A program made the translations under genes and the position numbers. From positions 2,130,001 through 2,162,000 of the forward strand of contig NZ_LN831039.1 in NCBI RefSeq assembly GCF_001457595.1: DNA of 32,000 bases, read 5' to 3'. Below are positions 20,622-28,592 of this stretch, in pieces (positions within the stretch are counted from its first letter, which is position 1; each line of letters opens with the position of its first letter). Origin of the DNA: Mycolicibacterium smegmatis. Its GTDB lineage: Bacteria; Actinomycetota; Actinomycetes; Mycobacteriales; Mycobacteriaceae. The notes under the pieces are model-generated. The model was given only the letters and a program-made list of their open reading frames with translations. It had not been told where the DNA came from and searched no databases.

Positions 20622-21476
20622 ATGAACTCCCTTGAACAGTACGTGGAGAACTGGCGCCCGGGCCCGGTCGTCAGCACCGACCTGCTCGGCCCACAGGCCG
20701 CGGGAAACCTCGCGGCCACACTGGATCTGGATCACGTCCCCGGCGCGGGTGAGGTTCTGCCGGCCCTGTGGCACTGGGTCTACTTCCTGGACTGGCCGCC
20801 GACCGCCGCGCTCGGCACCGACGGGCACCCACGTGACGGTCACTTCATGCCGCCGATCCCGCACCGCCGCAGGATGTTCGCCGGTGGACGCCTGGAGATC
20901 AACGAACCCTTGCGGCTCGGCGAGGCGGCCACGCGGCACTCCGAGGTGGTTTCCACCGCGGTCAAGAGCGGCAAGACCAGTGAACTGATGTTCGTCACTG
21001 TGCGCCACGAGTTCAGCCAGGGCGGTCAGCTGCGCATGACCGAGGAACAGGACCTGGTGTACCGCAGTGATCCGGGTTCGAGCACGCCGTTCACACGGGT
21101 CACCGAACCGCTGGCAGAGCGCACCACCCCGTGGGCTGCCGAACCCGCGACACATCCGGCGCTGCTGTTCAGGTTCAGTGCCGTGACCGCGAACTCACAC
21201 CGCATCCACTACGACGCCGAGTACACCTGCGGTGTCGAAGGCTTTCCGGCGCTCGTGGTCCACGGACCGCTGCTGGTGCTGTACATGGCCGAACTGGCGC
21301 GGGCACACAGCACGCGACCCATCAAGAACTTCCGATTCCGTTTGACCAAGCCGGTTTTCGTCGGTGACGCGATCCGTGTACAAGGCACCCCGGCTGCCGA
21401 CGGCGCCGCCGCTGAACTGGCGGTGGTGACTGGTTCCGGAACAGTTCACGCGAGCGCACAGGCCGAGTACGCGTGA
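20622..21476 (+). CDS. FAS1-like/HTD2-MaoC family hydratase (mesaconyl-C4-CoA hydratase-like)
   Basis: ATG at 20622 (MNSLEQYVENWRPGPVVSTDLLGPQAAGNLAATLDLD...HWVYFLDWPPTAALGTDGHP...PPIPHRRRMFAGGRLEI), with C-terminal hotdog FSAVTANSHRIHYDAEYTCGVEGFPALVVHGPL. Confidence 0.88.
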   Translation: MNSLEQYVENWRPGPVVSTDLLGPQAAGNLAATLDLDHVPGAGEVLPALWHWVYFLDWPPTAALGTDGHPRDGHFMPPIPHRRRMFAGGRLEINEPLRLGEAATRHSEVVSTAVKSGKTSELMFVTVRHEFSQGGQLRMTEEQDLVYRSDPGSSTPFTRVTEPLAERTTPWAAEPATHPALLFRFSAVTANSHRIHYDAEYTCGVEGFPALVVHGPLLVLYMAELARAHSTRPIKNFRFRLTKPVFVGDAIRVQGTPAADGAAAELAVVTGSGTVHASAQAEYA

Positions 21477-21604
21477 ACGCCCGGTACACCACCGACACGC
21501 TCAGGACGGCCAGATCGTTCCTGTTCGTACCGGGCAACCGGCCAGAGCGGTTCAGCAAGGCAGTCGCGGCGCAGCCGGATGTGGTCGTGCTCGACCTGGA
21601 GTGA
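21473..21604 (+). pseudogene. 5' remnant of an HpcH/HpaI (CitE-like) CoA-ester lyase gene
   Basis: GTG (overlapping the hydratase stop) encodes MNARYTTDTLRTARSFLFVPGNRPERFSKAVAAQPDVVVLDLE then TGA. This is the CitE-family N-terminus (RSxLFVPGNRPxRF...DxVVLDLED) cut off after 43 aa; the remaining ~230-250 aa are absent. Confidence 0.8.
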
Positions 21605-21641
21605 TGCTCGCTCGTGGCCGCAGCGTCTCGCACCTGGCGAA

Positions 21642-22325
21642 TCAGCCGAGGGTTCCGCTCGCAGCGAGGTGTTCGGCCAGCAGTGTGCCCGCACGGCGGA
21701 TGTGTTGAGCCATGGCTTCTCTGGCGCCCTCGGCGTCACCCGAGCGCAGCTTCTCGATGATCGCGCGGTGATCGTGCGCCGACGCCTCCGGCCAGCCTTC
21801 GACCGCGGCGAAGAACTTCCGCGGGGCGTAGGGCAGTGTCGCCTTGATCAGCCAGCGGATCTTCCGCGACCCGGACAGCCGGTAGATGGTCTGGTGGAAC
21901 CGGTGATTGAGCCGTTCGACGTCGTCGTAGTCCTTGCCCGCGGCGGCCTGCTCGAGCTGGGCCTGGATGTTCTCGAGTTCTTCCACCAACTCCGCGGTGA
22001 TCACGCCCGCGGCGCGTGCCGTCAACTCACCGCCGAGCAGGGCCTGGGCGTCGTAGACGTCACGGATGTCCTCGCTGGACAACGCCGTCACCGAGAAACC
22101 CTTGCGGGGTTCGATGGTGAGGAAGCCCTCCGTCTGCAACAGCAGCAGACCCTCGCGGGCCGGTGTGGCGCTGATGCCGAGGTCGTCGGCCACCGTCTCA
22201 GGCCGGATGAACTCACCGGCCCGAAGCTGACCCGACACGATGAGTTCACGCACGTGAGCCGCCGCGAGATCACTGAGCCGCAGCGGCGGTGTGCGCTTGC
22301 GATCGGTCGCGGCCGTCGGTCTCAC
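21642..22325 (-). CDS. GntR-family transcriptional regulator (FCD-type)
   Basis: HTH DLAAAHVRELIVSGQLRAGEFIRPETVADDLGISATPAREGLLLLQTEGFLTIEPRKGFSVTALS plus FCD-like C-terminus. Start GTG at 22325 (VRPTAATDRKRTPPLRL). Confidence 0.88.
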   Translation of the reverse strand: MRPTAATDRKRTPPLRLSDLAAAHVRELIVSGQLRAGEFIRPETVADDLGISATPAREGLLLLQTEGFLTIEPRKGFSVTALSSEDIRDVYDAQALLGGELTARAAGVITAELVEELENIQAQLEQAAAGKDYDDVERLNHRFHQTIYRLSGSRKIRWLIKATLPYAPRKFFAAVEGWPEASAHDHRAIIEKLRSGDAEGAREAMAQHIRRAGTLLAEHLAASGTLG

Positions 22326-22333
22326 GGTTTGAA

Positions 22334-22351
22334 TATAGTCAATTTTCTGTA
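22334..22351. promoter_or_regulatory. Candidate GntR operator (site 2) just upstream of the gntR start codon
   Basis: TATAGTCAATTTTCTGTA matches site 1 (CATAGAATATTTTCTATA) at 13 of 18 positions in ungapped alignment; 8 bp from the GTG start at 22325. Confidence 0.5.
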
Positions 22352-22516
22352 GTAGAACCGGCAGCAACGCGCAGCGTCTCCGCGCTGACGCAGGTCACCG
22401 CGCCGACGTCCCCGGCGCTCGGCGGATGTGGCCGACGGTCACCCAACTGCCAGGCGCGGGGAATAGCCTGGGGTCGGCGGGCGATGCACACGGTGATCAA
22501 CAGTCAGGGGACAGGC

Positions 22517-23347
22517 ATGAAAATCGGCATCTCGACCTTCGTCAACGACGACACCATCGATGCGGTGACGCTTGCCCGCGCGATCGAGGAACGCGGCTTC
22601 CATTCGTTGGTGATCGCCGAGCACTCACACATCCCGGCCAGCCGCGAGTCGGCCTATCCGGGCGGAGACGAGCTGCCGCAGAAGTACTACCGCACGCTCG
22701 ACCCGTTCGTCACGCTGGCGGCGGCCGCGGCGGTGACGACGAAGATCGAGCTGTTCACCGGCGTGGCCCTGCTGATCCAGCGCGACGTCATCCACACCGC
22801 GAAGGAGGCCGCGAGCGTCGACCTGATCTCGAACGGACGGTTCGTCTTCGGTGTCGGCGCCGGCTGGAACCTGGAGGAGATGCGCAACCACGGCACCGAC
22901 CCGAAGACGCGCGGGCGCCTGCTCGACGAACAGATCGAGGCGATCAAGGCGTTGTGGACGCAGGAGCCCGCCGAATACCACGGCAAGTACGTGGACATCG
23001 AGTCGTCGTACATGCGTCCCAAACCGGTGCAGAAGCCGCACCCGCCGATCTACATCGGAGGCGCGTCCGAGGCCACCGTCAAGCGCGTGATCCGCCACGA
23101 CGCCGGATGGATCTCCAACCCGTTGCCGGTGGACTTCTTGAGCAAGTTCGTGACACAGATGCGCGACGGTCTGGGTCACGAGGTCCCGCTCGCGCAGTTC
23201 GGCACGCCGGCGGATCCGGAGTACTGGGGCGCGGTCGAAGAACTCGGGTTCGGACAGATCGCGTTGTTGCTGCCGACGCTGCCGACCGACGAATCCCTGC
23301 GCATGCTCGACGACTACGCGACCGCGGTGGAGAAATACCGCGGGTAG
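22517..23347 (+). CDS. LLM-class (luciferase-like) flavin/F420-dependent oxidoreductase
   Basis: ATG at 22517 (MKIGISTFVNDDTIDAVTLARAIEERGFHSLVIAEHSHIPAS...) with FVFGVGAGWNLEEMRNHGTDPKTRGRLLDEQIEAIKALWTQEPAEYHGKY. Confidence 0.9.
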   Translation: MKIGISTFVNDDTIDAVTLARAIEERGFHSLVIAEHSHIPASRESAYPGGDELPQKYYRTLDPFVTLAAAAAVTTKIELFTGVALLIQRDVIHTAKEAASVDLISNGRFVFGVGAGWNLEEMRNHGTDPKTRGRLLDEQIEAIKALWTQEPAEYHGKYVDIESSYMRPKPVQKPHPPIYIGGASEATVKRVIRHDAGWISNPLPVDFLSKFVTQMRDGLGHEVPLAQFGTPADPEYWGAVEELGFGQIALLLPTLPTDESLRMLDDYATAVEKYRG

Positions 23348-23358
23348 GGGACCTGCCT

Positions 23359-23389
23359 GACGTCGGCGAATTTGCGGGTTGCCGACGTC
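23359..23389. terminator. Stem-loop after the LLM oxidoreductase gene
   Basis: GACGTCGGC (23359-23367), 13-nt loop, GCCGACGTC (23381-23389): perfect 9-bp arms, 11 nt after the stop codon; no T-tract. Confidence 0.45.
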
Positions 23390-23484
23390 GCGCGCCGTCG
23401 ACGGTGATCGGAAGTCGGCACCGCAGGGTTGACGCTGTAGCTAAGCTGTCAAGCCAAGCGCCGACCCCGAGGGGGAATCCGAGC

Positions 23485-25245
23485 ATGACTTTCGACAAGG
23501 TGATCCTGGGCGGCCGTCTGTTCGACGGCACCGGCGGTCCATCTGCCCTGCGCAACATCGGCATCCGCGACGGCCGCGTCGCCGCGATCACCGCCGACGC
23601 CGTCGAGGGCACCGAGACCGTCGACGCCAGCGGGTGCTGGGTGATGCCCGGCATGATCGACATCCACACCCACTACGACGCCGAGGTGCTCGCCGCGCCG
23701 GGGCTGACCGAGTCGCTGCGCCACGGCGTCACGTCCATCGTGATGGGATCGTGCTCACTGTCGACGGTGCACGTCAACGGATCCGAGGCCGCCGACCTGT
23801 TCGGCCGCGTCGAGGCCATCCCGCACGAGCACGTGGTGCGCATCGTCGGCGAGCACAAGACCTGGAACAACGCCGAGGAATACATCGAGGCGCTCGAGGC
23901 GCGGCCGCTGGGGCCCAACGTCACGGCGTTCATCGGTCACTCCGACATCCGCGTCGCCGTCATGGGCCTGGACCGGGCCACCCGCAAGGATGTCCGCCCC
24001 ACCAAGGCCGAGCAGGCCCGCATGGAACAGATGCTCACCGACGCGCTCGACGCCGGATTCATCGGGTTGTCCTCGCAGCAACTGCTTTTCGACAAGCTCG
24101 ACGGCGACGTGTGCCGCTCGCGCACGCTGCCTTCCACCTATGCCAGGGCGAAAGAACTGCGCCGGCTCAAGTCGATCCTGCGGCGACGTGACCGCACACT
24201 GCAATCCGGGCCCGACATCAGCCATCCGCACAACATCGTCTCGCAGGCGTTTCAGTCCGTGGGCATCGGCAGGCCGCGCCTGAAGACCAGCCTGCTGGCT
24301 GCTGCCGATATGAAATCCACGCCGGGCGGCATGTGGTTCACGGTGGCGCTGGCGGCGATCGCCAACCGGTTGGGCGGGGACTTCCGCTTCCAGCACCTGC
24401 CGGTCCCGTTCGAGGTGTATGCCGACGGCATCGACCTCGTGATCTTCGAGGAGTTCGGATCCGGCGCTGCGGCACTGCATCTCAAGACCGAGATGGAGCG
24501 CAACAAGCTGCTTGCCGACGAGGGCTACCGGCGCCGGTTCCGCAAGGACTACGACAACAAGTTCGGCCCGCGGGCCTGGCACCGCGATTTCTTCGACGCC
24601 GAGATCGTGGCGTGCCCGGACCCCAGTGTGATCGGCAAGAGTTTCGGCGACGTCGGTGTGGAACGCGGCCGCCTGCACCCCGTCGACGCGTTCCTTGACC
24701 TCGTCCTCGAGCACGGCAGCCAACTACGTTGGCGCACCACGATTTCCAACCACCGTCCGAAAGCGCTGCGGCAGTTGGCGGTCAGCAGCGGAATCCAGGT
24801 CGGCTTCTCCGACGCCGGCGCGCACCTGCGCAACATGGCGTTCTACAACAGCGGGCTGCGCCTGCTGCGCCACGTCCGCGACGCCGGGTTCATGAGCGTC
24901 GAGGACGCCGTGTACCGGCTCACCGGTGAACTCGCCGACTGGTACCACCTGGACGCCGGACATCTGCGGATGGGGGACTGGGCCGACGTCGTCGTGATCG
25001 ACCCGCAGTATCTCGACGCCGGCCTCGACGAGTACCACGAGGCCCCCGTGGAGGCGTTCGGTGGGATGCAGCGCATGGTCAACCGCAACGACCGCACCGT
25101 GAAAACCGTTCTGGTGGCCGGTCATACGGTGTTCGCCGAGGGCACGCCCACCGAACTCGTCGGCCGACGGCGCACCGGCAGCTTCATGCGCGCGGACGGC
25201 AGACCACGCAACGCGCCACTGCGCCGCGAGAGTGTTGCCGTATGA
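23485..25245 (+). CDS. N-acyl-D-amino-acid deacylase-like amidohydrolase (D-aminoacylase family)
   Basis: MTFDKVILGGRLFDGTGGPSALRNIGIRDGRVAAITADAVEGTETVDASGCWVMPGMIDIHTHYDAEVLAAPGLTESLRHGVTSIVMGSCSLS...SDAGAHLRNMAFYNSG...DWADVVVIDPQYLD. Confidence 0.9.
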   Translation: MTFDKVILGGRLFDGTGGPSALRNIGIRDGRVAAITADAVEGTETVDASGCWVMPGMIDIHTHYDAEVLAAPGLTESLRHGVTSIVMGSCSLSTVHVNGSEAADLFGRVEAIPHEHVVRIVGEHKTWNNAEEYIEALEARPLGPNVTAFIGHSDIRVAVMGLDRATRKDVRPTKAEQARMEQMLTDALDAGFIGLSSQQLLFDKLDGDVCRSRTLPSTYARAKELRRLKSILRRRDRTLQSGPDISHPHNIVSQAFQSVGIGRPRLKTSLLAAADMKSTPGGMWFTVALAAIANRLGGDFRFQHLPVPFEVYADGIDLVIFEEFGSGAAALHLKTEMERNKLLADEGYRRRFRKDYDNKFGPRAWHRDFFDAEIVACPDPSVIGKSFGDVGVERGRLHPVDAFLDLVLEHGSQLRWRTTISNHRPKALRQLAVSSGIQVGFSDAGAHLRNMAFYNSGLRLLRHVRDAGFMSVEDAVYRLTGELADWYHLDAGHLRMGDWADVVVIDPQYLDAGLDEYHEAPVEAFGGMQRMVNRNDRTVKTVLVAGHTVFAEGTPTELVGRRRTGSFMRADGRPRNAPLRRESVAV

Positions 25246-26135
25246 CCGCCCCTGAGCGGCTCACCCTGGATCTGCCGCACCTGCGATTCGCGGCGCTGGC
25301 GTGGGGCCCGAAGGACGGCCGGTTGATGCTGTGCCTGCACGGCTACCCGGATTCGGCATGGACGTGGCGGCACCTCGGCCCGCACTTTGCGGCACAGGGC
25401 TTTCGGGTGGTTGCGCCGTTCATGCGGGGCTACGCACCCACCGAACTGGCCCGTGACGGTGACTACGGCCTCGGCGCGCTGATGTACGACGCGGTGACGC
25501 TGCACGAGGCGCTCGGCGGGACCGGTGACGCCGTCCTGGTCGGCCACGACTGGGGCGGGCTGGCGTCGGCCGGCGTCGCGGCGTATCCGAAGAACCCGTT
25601 CGGCACGGTGGTGTCGATGGGTGTGCCCGTGGTGGCGGGCATGCGGGATGCGGGCAATCGGCGCAGGCTGGCCCCGCTGTTGCCGGTGCAGATGCGGATG
25701 AGTTGGTACATCCTGTTCCAGCAGATCCCGTGGCTGTCGGAGCGCAACCTCGGCCGGGTGATCCCCAAGTTGTGGCGCGACTGGTGCCCGCCGGGTTACG
25801 ACGCGCGCGAGGACCTGGCCCACCTGTGGGAGGCCCTGCCGGACACCCGCCGGCGTACCGCCGCGCTGGCGTATTACCGCGCCGCGTTGCGGCCCTGGCG
25901 GCGTGGTAGCCATGCCGAACTGGACCGTTACGCCATGACGCAAAACCCCATCTCACCCATGTTGGTGCTGCACGGTCGCCTCGACGGCGCGATCGATGTG
26001 CGCATCGGCACGCTGAGCGCCTCGGTTCTGGTGCCGGGGAGTCGGCACGAGGTCATCGACGGGGCCGGACATTTCATGCACCTCGACAGGCCCGACGAAG
26101 TGCATGCCCTGATCGCGGATTACGCGAATTTGTGA
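25242..26135 (+). CDS. Alpha/beta hydrolase (epoxide hydrolase-like)
   Basis: ATGA overlap with the amidohydrolase. LMLCLHGYPDSAWTWRHLGPHFAAQGFRVVAPFMRGYAPTE, LVGHDWGG nucleophile motif, C-terminal DGAGHFMHLDRPDEV. Confidence 0.9.
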   Translation: MTAPERLTLDLPHLRFAALAWGPKDGRLMLCLHGYPDSAWTWRHLGPHFAAQGFRVVAPFMRGYAPTELARDGDYGLGALMYDAVTLHEALGGTGDAVLVGHDWGGLASAGVAAYPKNPFGTVVSMGVPVVAGMRDAGNRRRLAPLLPVQMRMSWYILFQQIPWLSERNLGRVIPKLWRDWCPPGYDAREDLAHLWEALPDTRRRTAALAYYRAALRPWRRGSHAELDRYAMTQNPISPMLVLHGRLDGAIDVRIGTLSASVLVPGSRHEVIDGAGHFMHLDRPDEVHALIADYANL

Positions 26136-26155
26136 TCAATTGCCGTGAAAAACAA

Positions 26156-26186
26156 CAGAGCCGGGGCCTTGTGGGCACCGGCTCTG
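26156..26186. terminator. Bidirectional terminator-like hairpin
   Basis: CAGAGCCGG (26156-26164), 13-nt loop, CCGGCTCTG (26178-26186): perfect 9-bp arms. T-rich tract on the - strand just past the stem (TTGTTTTTC) and TTTTTT on the + strand about 14 nt downstream. It sits between the convergent hydrolase and small ORF. Confidence 0.65.
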
Positions 26187-26205
26187 GATTCGGATCCGTT
26201 TTTTG

Positions 26206-26349
26206 TCAGCGGTCCTGGAATTCGTGGCGCTGAGCAATCGCAATCAACTCTTCGCGCACCGTCGAATCGGGGAGCGCATTGATTTTTGCGTACAACCGCC
26301 GCCGGCTGTTGGCGCGCTTCAGGTTGGCGCGGAACTGCGCGAAGGCCAT
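26206..26349 (-). CDS. Putative 47-aa small basic protein, absent from the supplied ORF track
   Basis: MAFAQFRANLKRANSRRRLYAKINALPDSTVREELIAIAQRHEFQDR. GAGGAG ribosome-binding-like sequence precedes the ATG (gacgaggagtgagagaaATG), and a terminator-like hairpin follows the stop. Confidence 0.65.
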   Translation of the reverse strand: MAFAQFRANLKRANSRRRLYAKINALPDSTVREELIAIAQRHEFQDR

Positions 26350-26552
26350 TTCTCTCACTCCTCGTCAAGCGCCCCGGGTCGCGGGGACTTTTTGTCTGTC
26401 TGGCGTTCTCGTGCGGGGATCACCCGCACTTATCGGAACGCCTCAATCGTGCTTGTTAATTTCTTGTAACGCAAATTTTTCGGTGTGAGGTTGGCTACAG
26501 CCGTACAGATTCCTGTCGATAAAGGTGTGCGCCGTCGCAAACTCATTCAGGA

Positions 26553-26586
26553 GGGGGCTCGATCACTCGAGGCGCGACCGGCCCCC
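26553..26586. terminator. Stem-loop near the 3' end of the SnoaL-like gene
   Basis: GGGGGC (26553-26558)...GCCCCC (26581-26586) outer arms with inner CTCGA/TCGAG pairing, adjacent to the minus-strand stop at 26593-26595. Confidence 0.4.
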
Positions 26587-26592
26587 CATTTA

Positions 26593-27042
26593 TCACCGCG
26601 GTTGCGCCGCAGCCTGTTTCTCGGCTTCCGAGGTGACCTCGACGTACTCGGCGACATTCCAATAGAACGCGCGGAAGTCGGTGATCCGCCCGTCCTCCAC
26701 CGTCACCACCTGCACCATTGGGTTGTTGATCGAGCGCCCGGTGACACGTGACCGGGTGTAGAGATTGCACAACACCACCACCTGGTTACCGGACGTGAGG
26801 AATTTCGCGTCCTGGACGTCGACCACATCGAAGTGACGGCTCATCTCGACCGACCAGCCTTTGAAACCCTCGTACCCGTGCCATTCACCGCCCCACGGCA
26901 GATCGGGGGAATGGTGCAGCTGCACGTCGGGGTGCAAGGTCGCGCCCATGCCCTCGAACGATGCACCGGCCGGGACACCTCCGGCGGTCATGTAGATCCG
27001 CTCGGCGGCATAGAACTGCTCGAGCACTTCCTGTGGTGACAT
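26593..27042 (-). CDS. SnoaL-like/NTF2-fold nuclear transport factor 2 family protein
   Basis: ATG at 27042 (MSPQEVLEQFYAAERIYMTAGGVPAGASFEGMGATLHPDVQLHHSPDLPWGGEWHGYEGFKGWSVEMSRHFDVVDV...), a polyketide-cyclase-like NTF2 domain. Confidence 0.82.
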   Translation of the reverse strand: MSPQEVLEQFYAAERIYMTAGGVPAGASFEGMGATLHPDVQLHHSPDLPWGGEWHGYEGFKGWSVEMSRHFDVVDVQDAKFLTSGNQVVVLCNLYTRSRVTGRSINNPMVQVVTVEDGRITDFRAFYWNVAEYVEVTSEAEKQAAAQPR

Positions 27043-27067
27043 GGTGTTGTTTCCTTTTGTTGTCGGT

Positions 27068-27102
27068 GAACCACGGCGGATGCCGATAATTTGCCGTGGT
27101 TC
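27068..27102. terminator. Stem-loop between the sugar-porter gene and the SnoaL-like gene
   Basis: GAACCACGGC (27068-27077), 15-nt loop, GCCGTGGTTC (27093-27102): perfect 10-bp arms, no long T-tract. Confidence 0.5.
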
Positions 27103-27140
27103 GGTTACATGGGATTCATCTTGTATGGGCCAACGTCGTT

Positions 27141-28592
27141 TCAGTCGGCGATGTCGTCCATCTCTTCGAGTTCGCGACCCTTCGTCTCCCGCACGAACCG
27201 CAGGACGAAGAGGGCCGACAGCAGCGCGCACGCGCTGTAGAAGCAGTAGGAAAGGGGCAGGCTCAACGCGGCGAACGGTGGGAAGGTCACGGTGACCACG
27301 AAATTGGCGATCCACTGCACCGCGACGGCGACCGCGAGCGCGGGGCCGCGATACGAGTTCGGGAAGATTTCTCCGAGCATCACCCAGGTGACCGGCCCCC
27401 AGGAGACTCCGAAGGCCACCACGAACAGGTTGGCCGCGACCAGCGCGATCGGACCGTAGCTCCCCGGGAGAGTCACCGCGCCACCGGCTTCGACCGCGGC
27501 GGCGAAGCAGAGCCCCATCACCGCAAGCATGGCCGCCATGCCGACACCGCCGGCGATCAGCAAGGGTTTGCGGCCGATCTTGTCGACCACCGCGATCGCG
27601 ACGAGGGTAACCACGACGAAGATCGCCGATGTGATCACGGAGCTGAGAAGCGAATCGGATTCGGAGAAGCCCACCGACTGCCACAGCGTGGTCGAGTAGT
27701 AGAAGATGATGTTGATCCCGTTGAGCTGCTGGAAGATCGAGATCCAAATGCCGATCCACACCACGCGTCTCAAGCCGAAGGACCGCCCACGAAGGTGCGA
27801 CAACGACGAATGCCGTTCCGACCGTAAACTGTCGGTGATTTGGTCGACCTTGCGTCGTGCGTCATCGATGGATACGTCGAGAACACGCGACAGGACTGCT
27901 GCGGCCGACTCGTATTCGCCGCGCCGGGCCAGATAGCGCGGCGACTCGGGGATTCGTCGCGCGATGATCGCGTACACGACGGCTGGCACCAGACCCACGA
28001 GCAACATCCATCGCCAGGCTTCCACGCCGAACCAGGACGTATTGGCGGCGCCACCTGCCACGGACGCCAACGCGGCATCGGAAAGCAGTGAGACGAAGAT
28101 GCCGATGACCAGTGCCAGTTGTTGCAGCGCGGTCAACGCACCCCGAATGCGCGCCGGGGCGATCTCGGCGATGTATGCCGGTGCGATCACCGAGGCAATG
28201 CCGATCGCGACCCCGGCCGTGATTCGCCAAGCCATCAGATCGAAGGCAGAAAAGGCCAGACCGGACCCGACCGAACTCACGGCGAAGAGCACTGCGGCGA
28301 CACCCATCACGCGCACCCGGCCGATGCGGTCGGCGATGCCGCCTGCGAACCAAGCACCAACCGCACATCCCAGCAGAGCGCTGGCCACCGTAAGACCGGC
28401 CATCAGTGGGGTCAGTGCGAAGTGAGCAGTTATCGCTCCTACGGCACCGTTGATGACGCTGGAGTCGAAACCGAACAGGAAGCCACCCACAGCCGCGGCG
28501 ATCGAGATGGCGACCGCCTTCACGGACCCGCCGGTCGGCGGGGTCACGGACCCGGTGACGGGTGTCTTCGGCTCATATGTGCTGTGGGACAC
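27141..28592 (-). CDS. MFS sugar-porter family transporter
   Basis: GTG at 28592. VAISIAAAVGGFLFGFDSSVINGAVGAI, GGIADRIGRVRVM, YLARRGEYESAA, ISIFQQLNGINIIFYYSTTLWQSVGF, VDKIGRKPLLIAGG and C-terminal ETKGRELEEMD. Confidence 0.92.
   Translation of the reverse strand: MSHSTYEPKTPVTGSVTPPTGGSVKAVAISIAAAVGGFLFGFDSSVINGAVGAITAHFALTPLMAGLTVASALLGCAVGAWFAGGIADRIGRVRVMGVAAVLFAVSSVGSGLAFSAFDLMAWRITAGVAIGIASVIAPAYIAEIAPARIRGALTALQQLALVIGIFVSLLSDAALASVAGGAANTSWFGVEAWRWMLLVGLVPAVVYAIIARRIPESPRYLARRGEYESAAAVLSRVLDVSIDDARRKVDQITDSLRSERHSSLSHLRGRSFGLRRVVWIGIWISIFQQLNGINIIFYYSTTLWQSVGFSESDSLLSSVITSAIFVVVTLVAIAVVDKIGRKPLLIAGGVGMAAMLAVMGLCFAAAVEAGGAVTLPGSYGPIALVAANLFVVAFGVSWGPVTWVMLGEIFPNSYRGPALAVAVAVQWIANFVVTVTFPPFAALSLPLSYCFYSACALLSALFVLRFVRETKGRELEEMDDIAD

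Noticed and set aside
20121-21155. 344-aa minus-strand ORF opposite the CoA transferase/hydratase
   Set aside because: No family similarity recognised; overlaps two well-supported plus-strand CDS.
21579-22352. 257-aa plus-strand ORF as a possible frameshifted continuation of the truncated CitE-like lyase
   Set aside because: After the LDLE point the alternate frame reads DARSWPQRLAPGESAEG..., which lacks CitE features and is simply the antisense of gntR, so a frameshift does not rescue the lyase.
22426-25245. 939-aa plus-strand open frame spanning two genes
   Set aside because: It runs in an alternate frame through the LLM oxidoreductase and amidohydrolase genes and is rich in Arg/Pro/Ala low-complexity translation (GC-bias artefact). 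Its 3' portion from ATG 23485 is the real amidohydrolase; the upstream extension is not coding.
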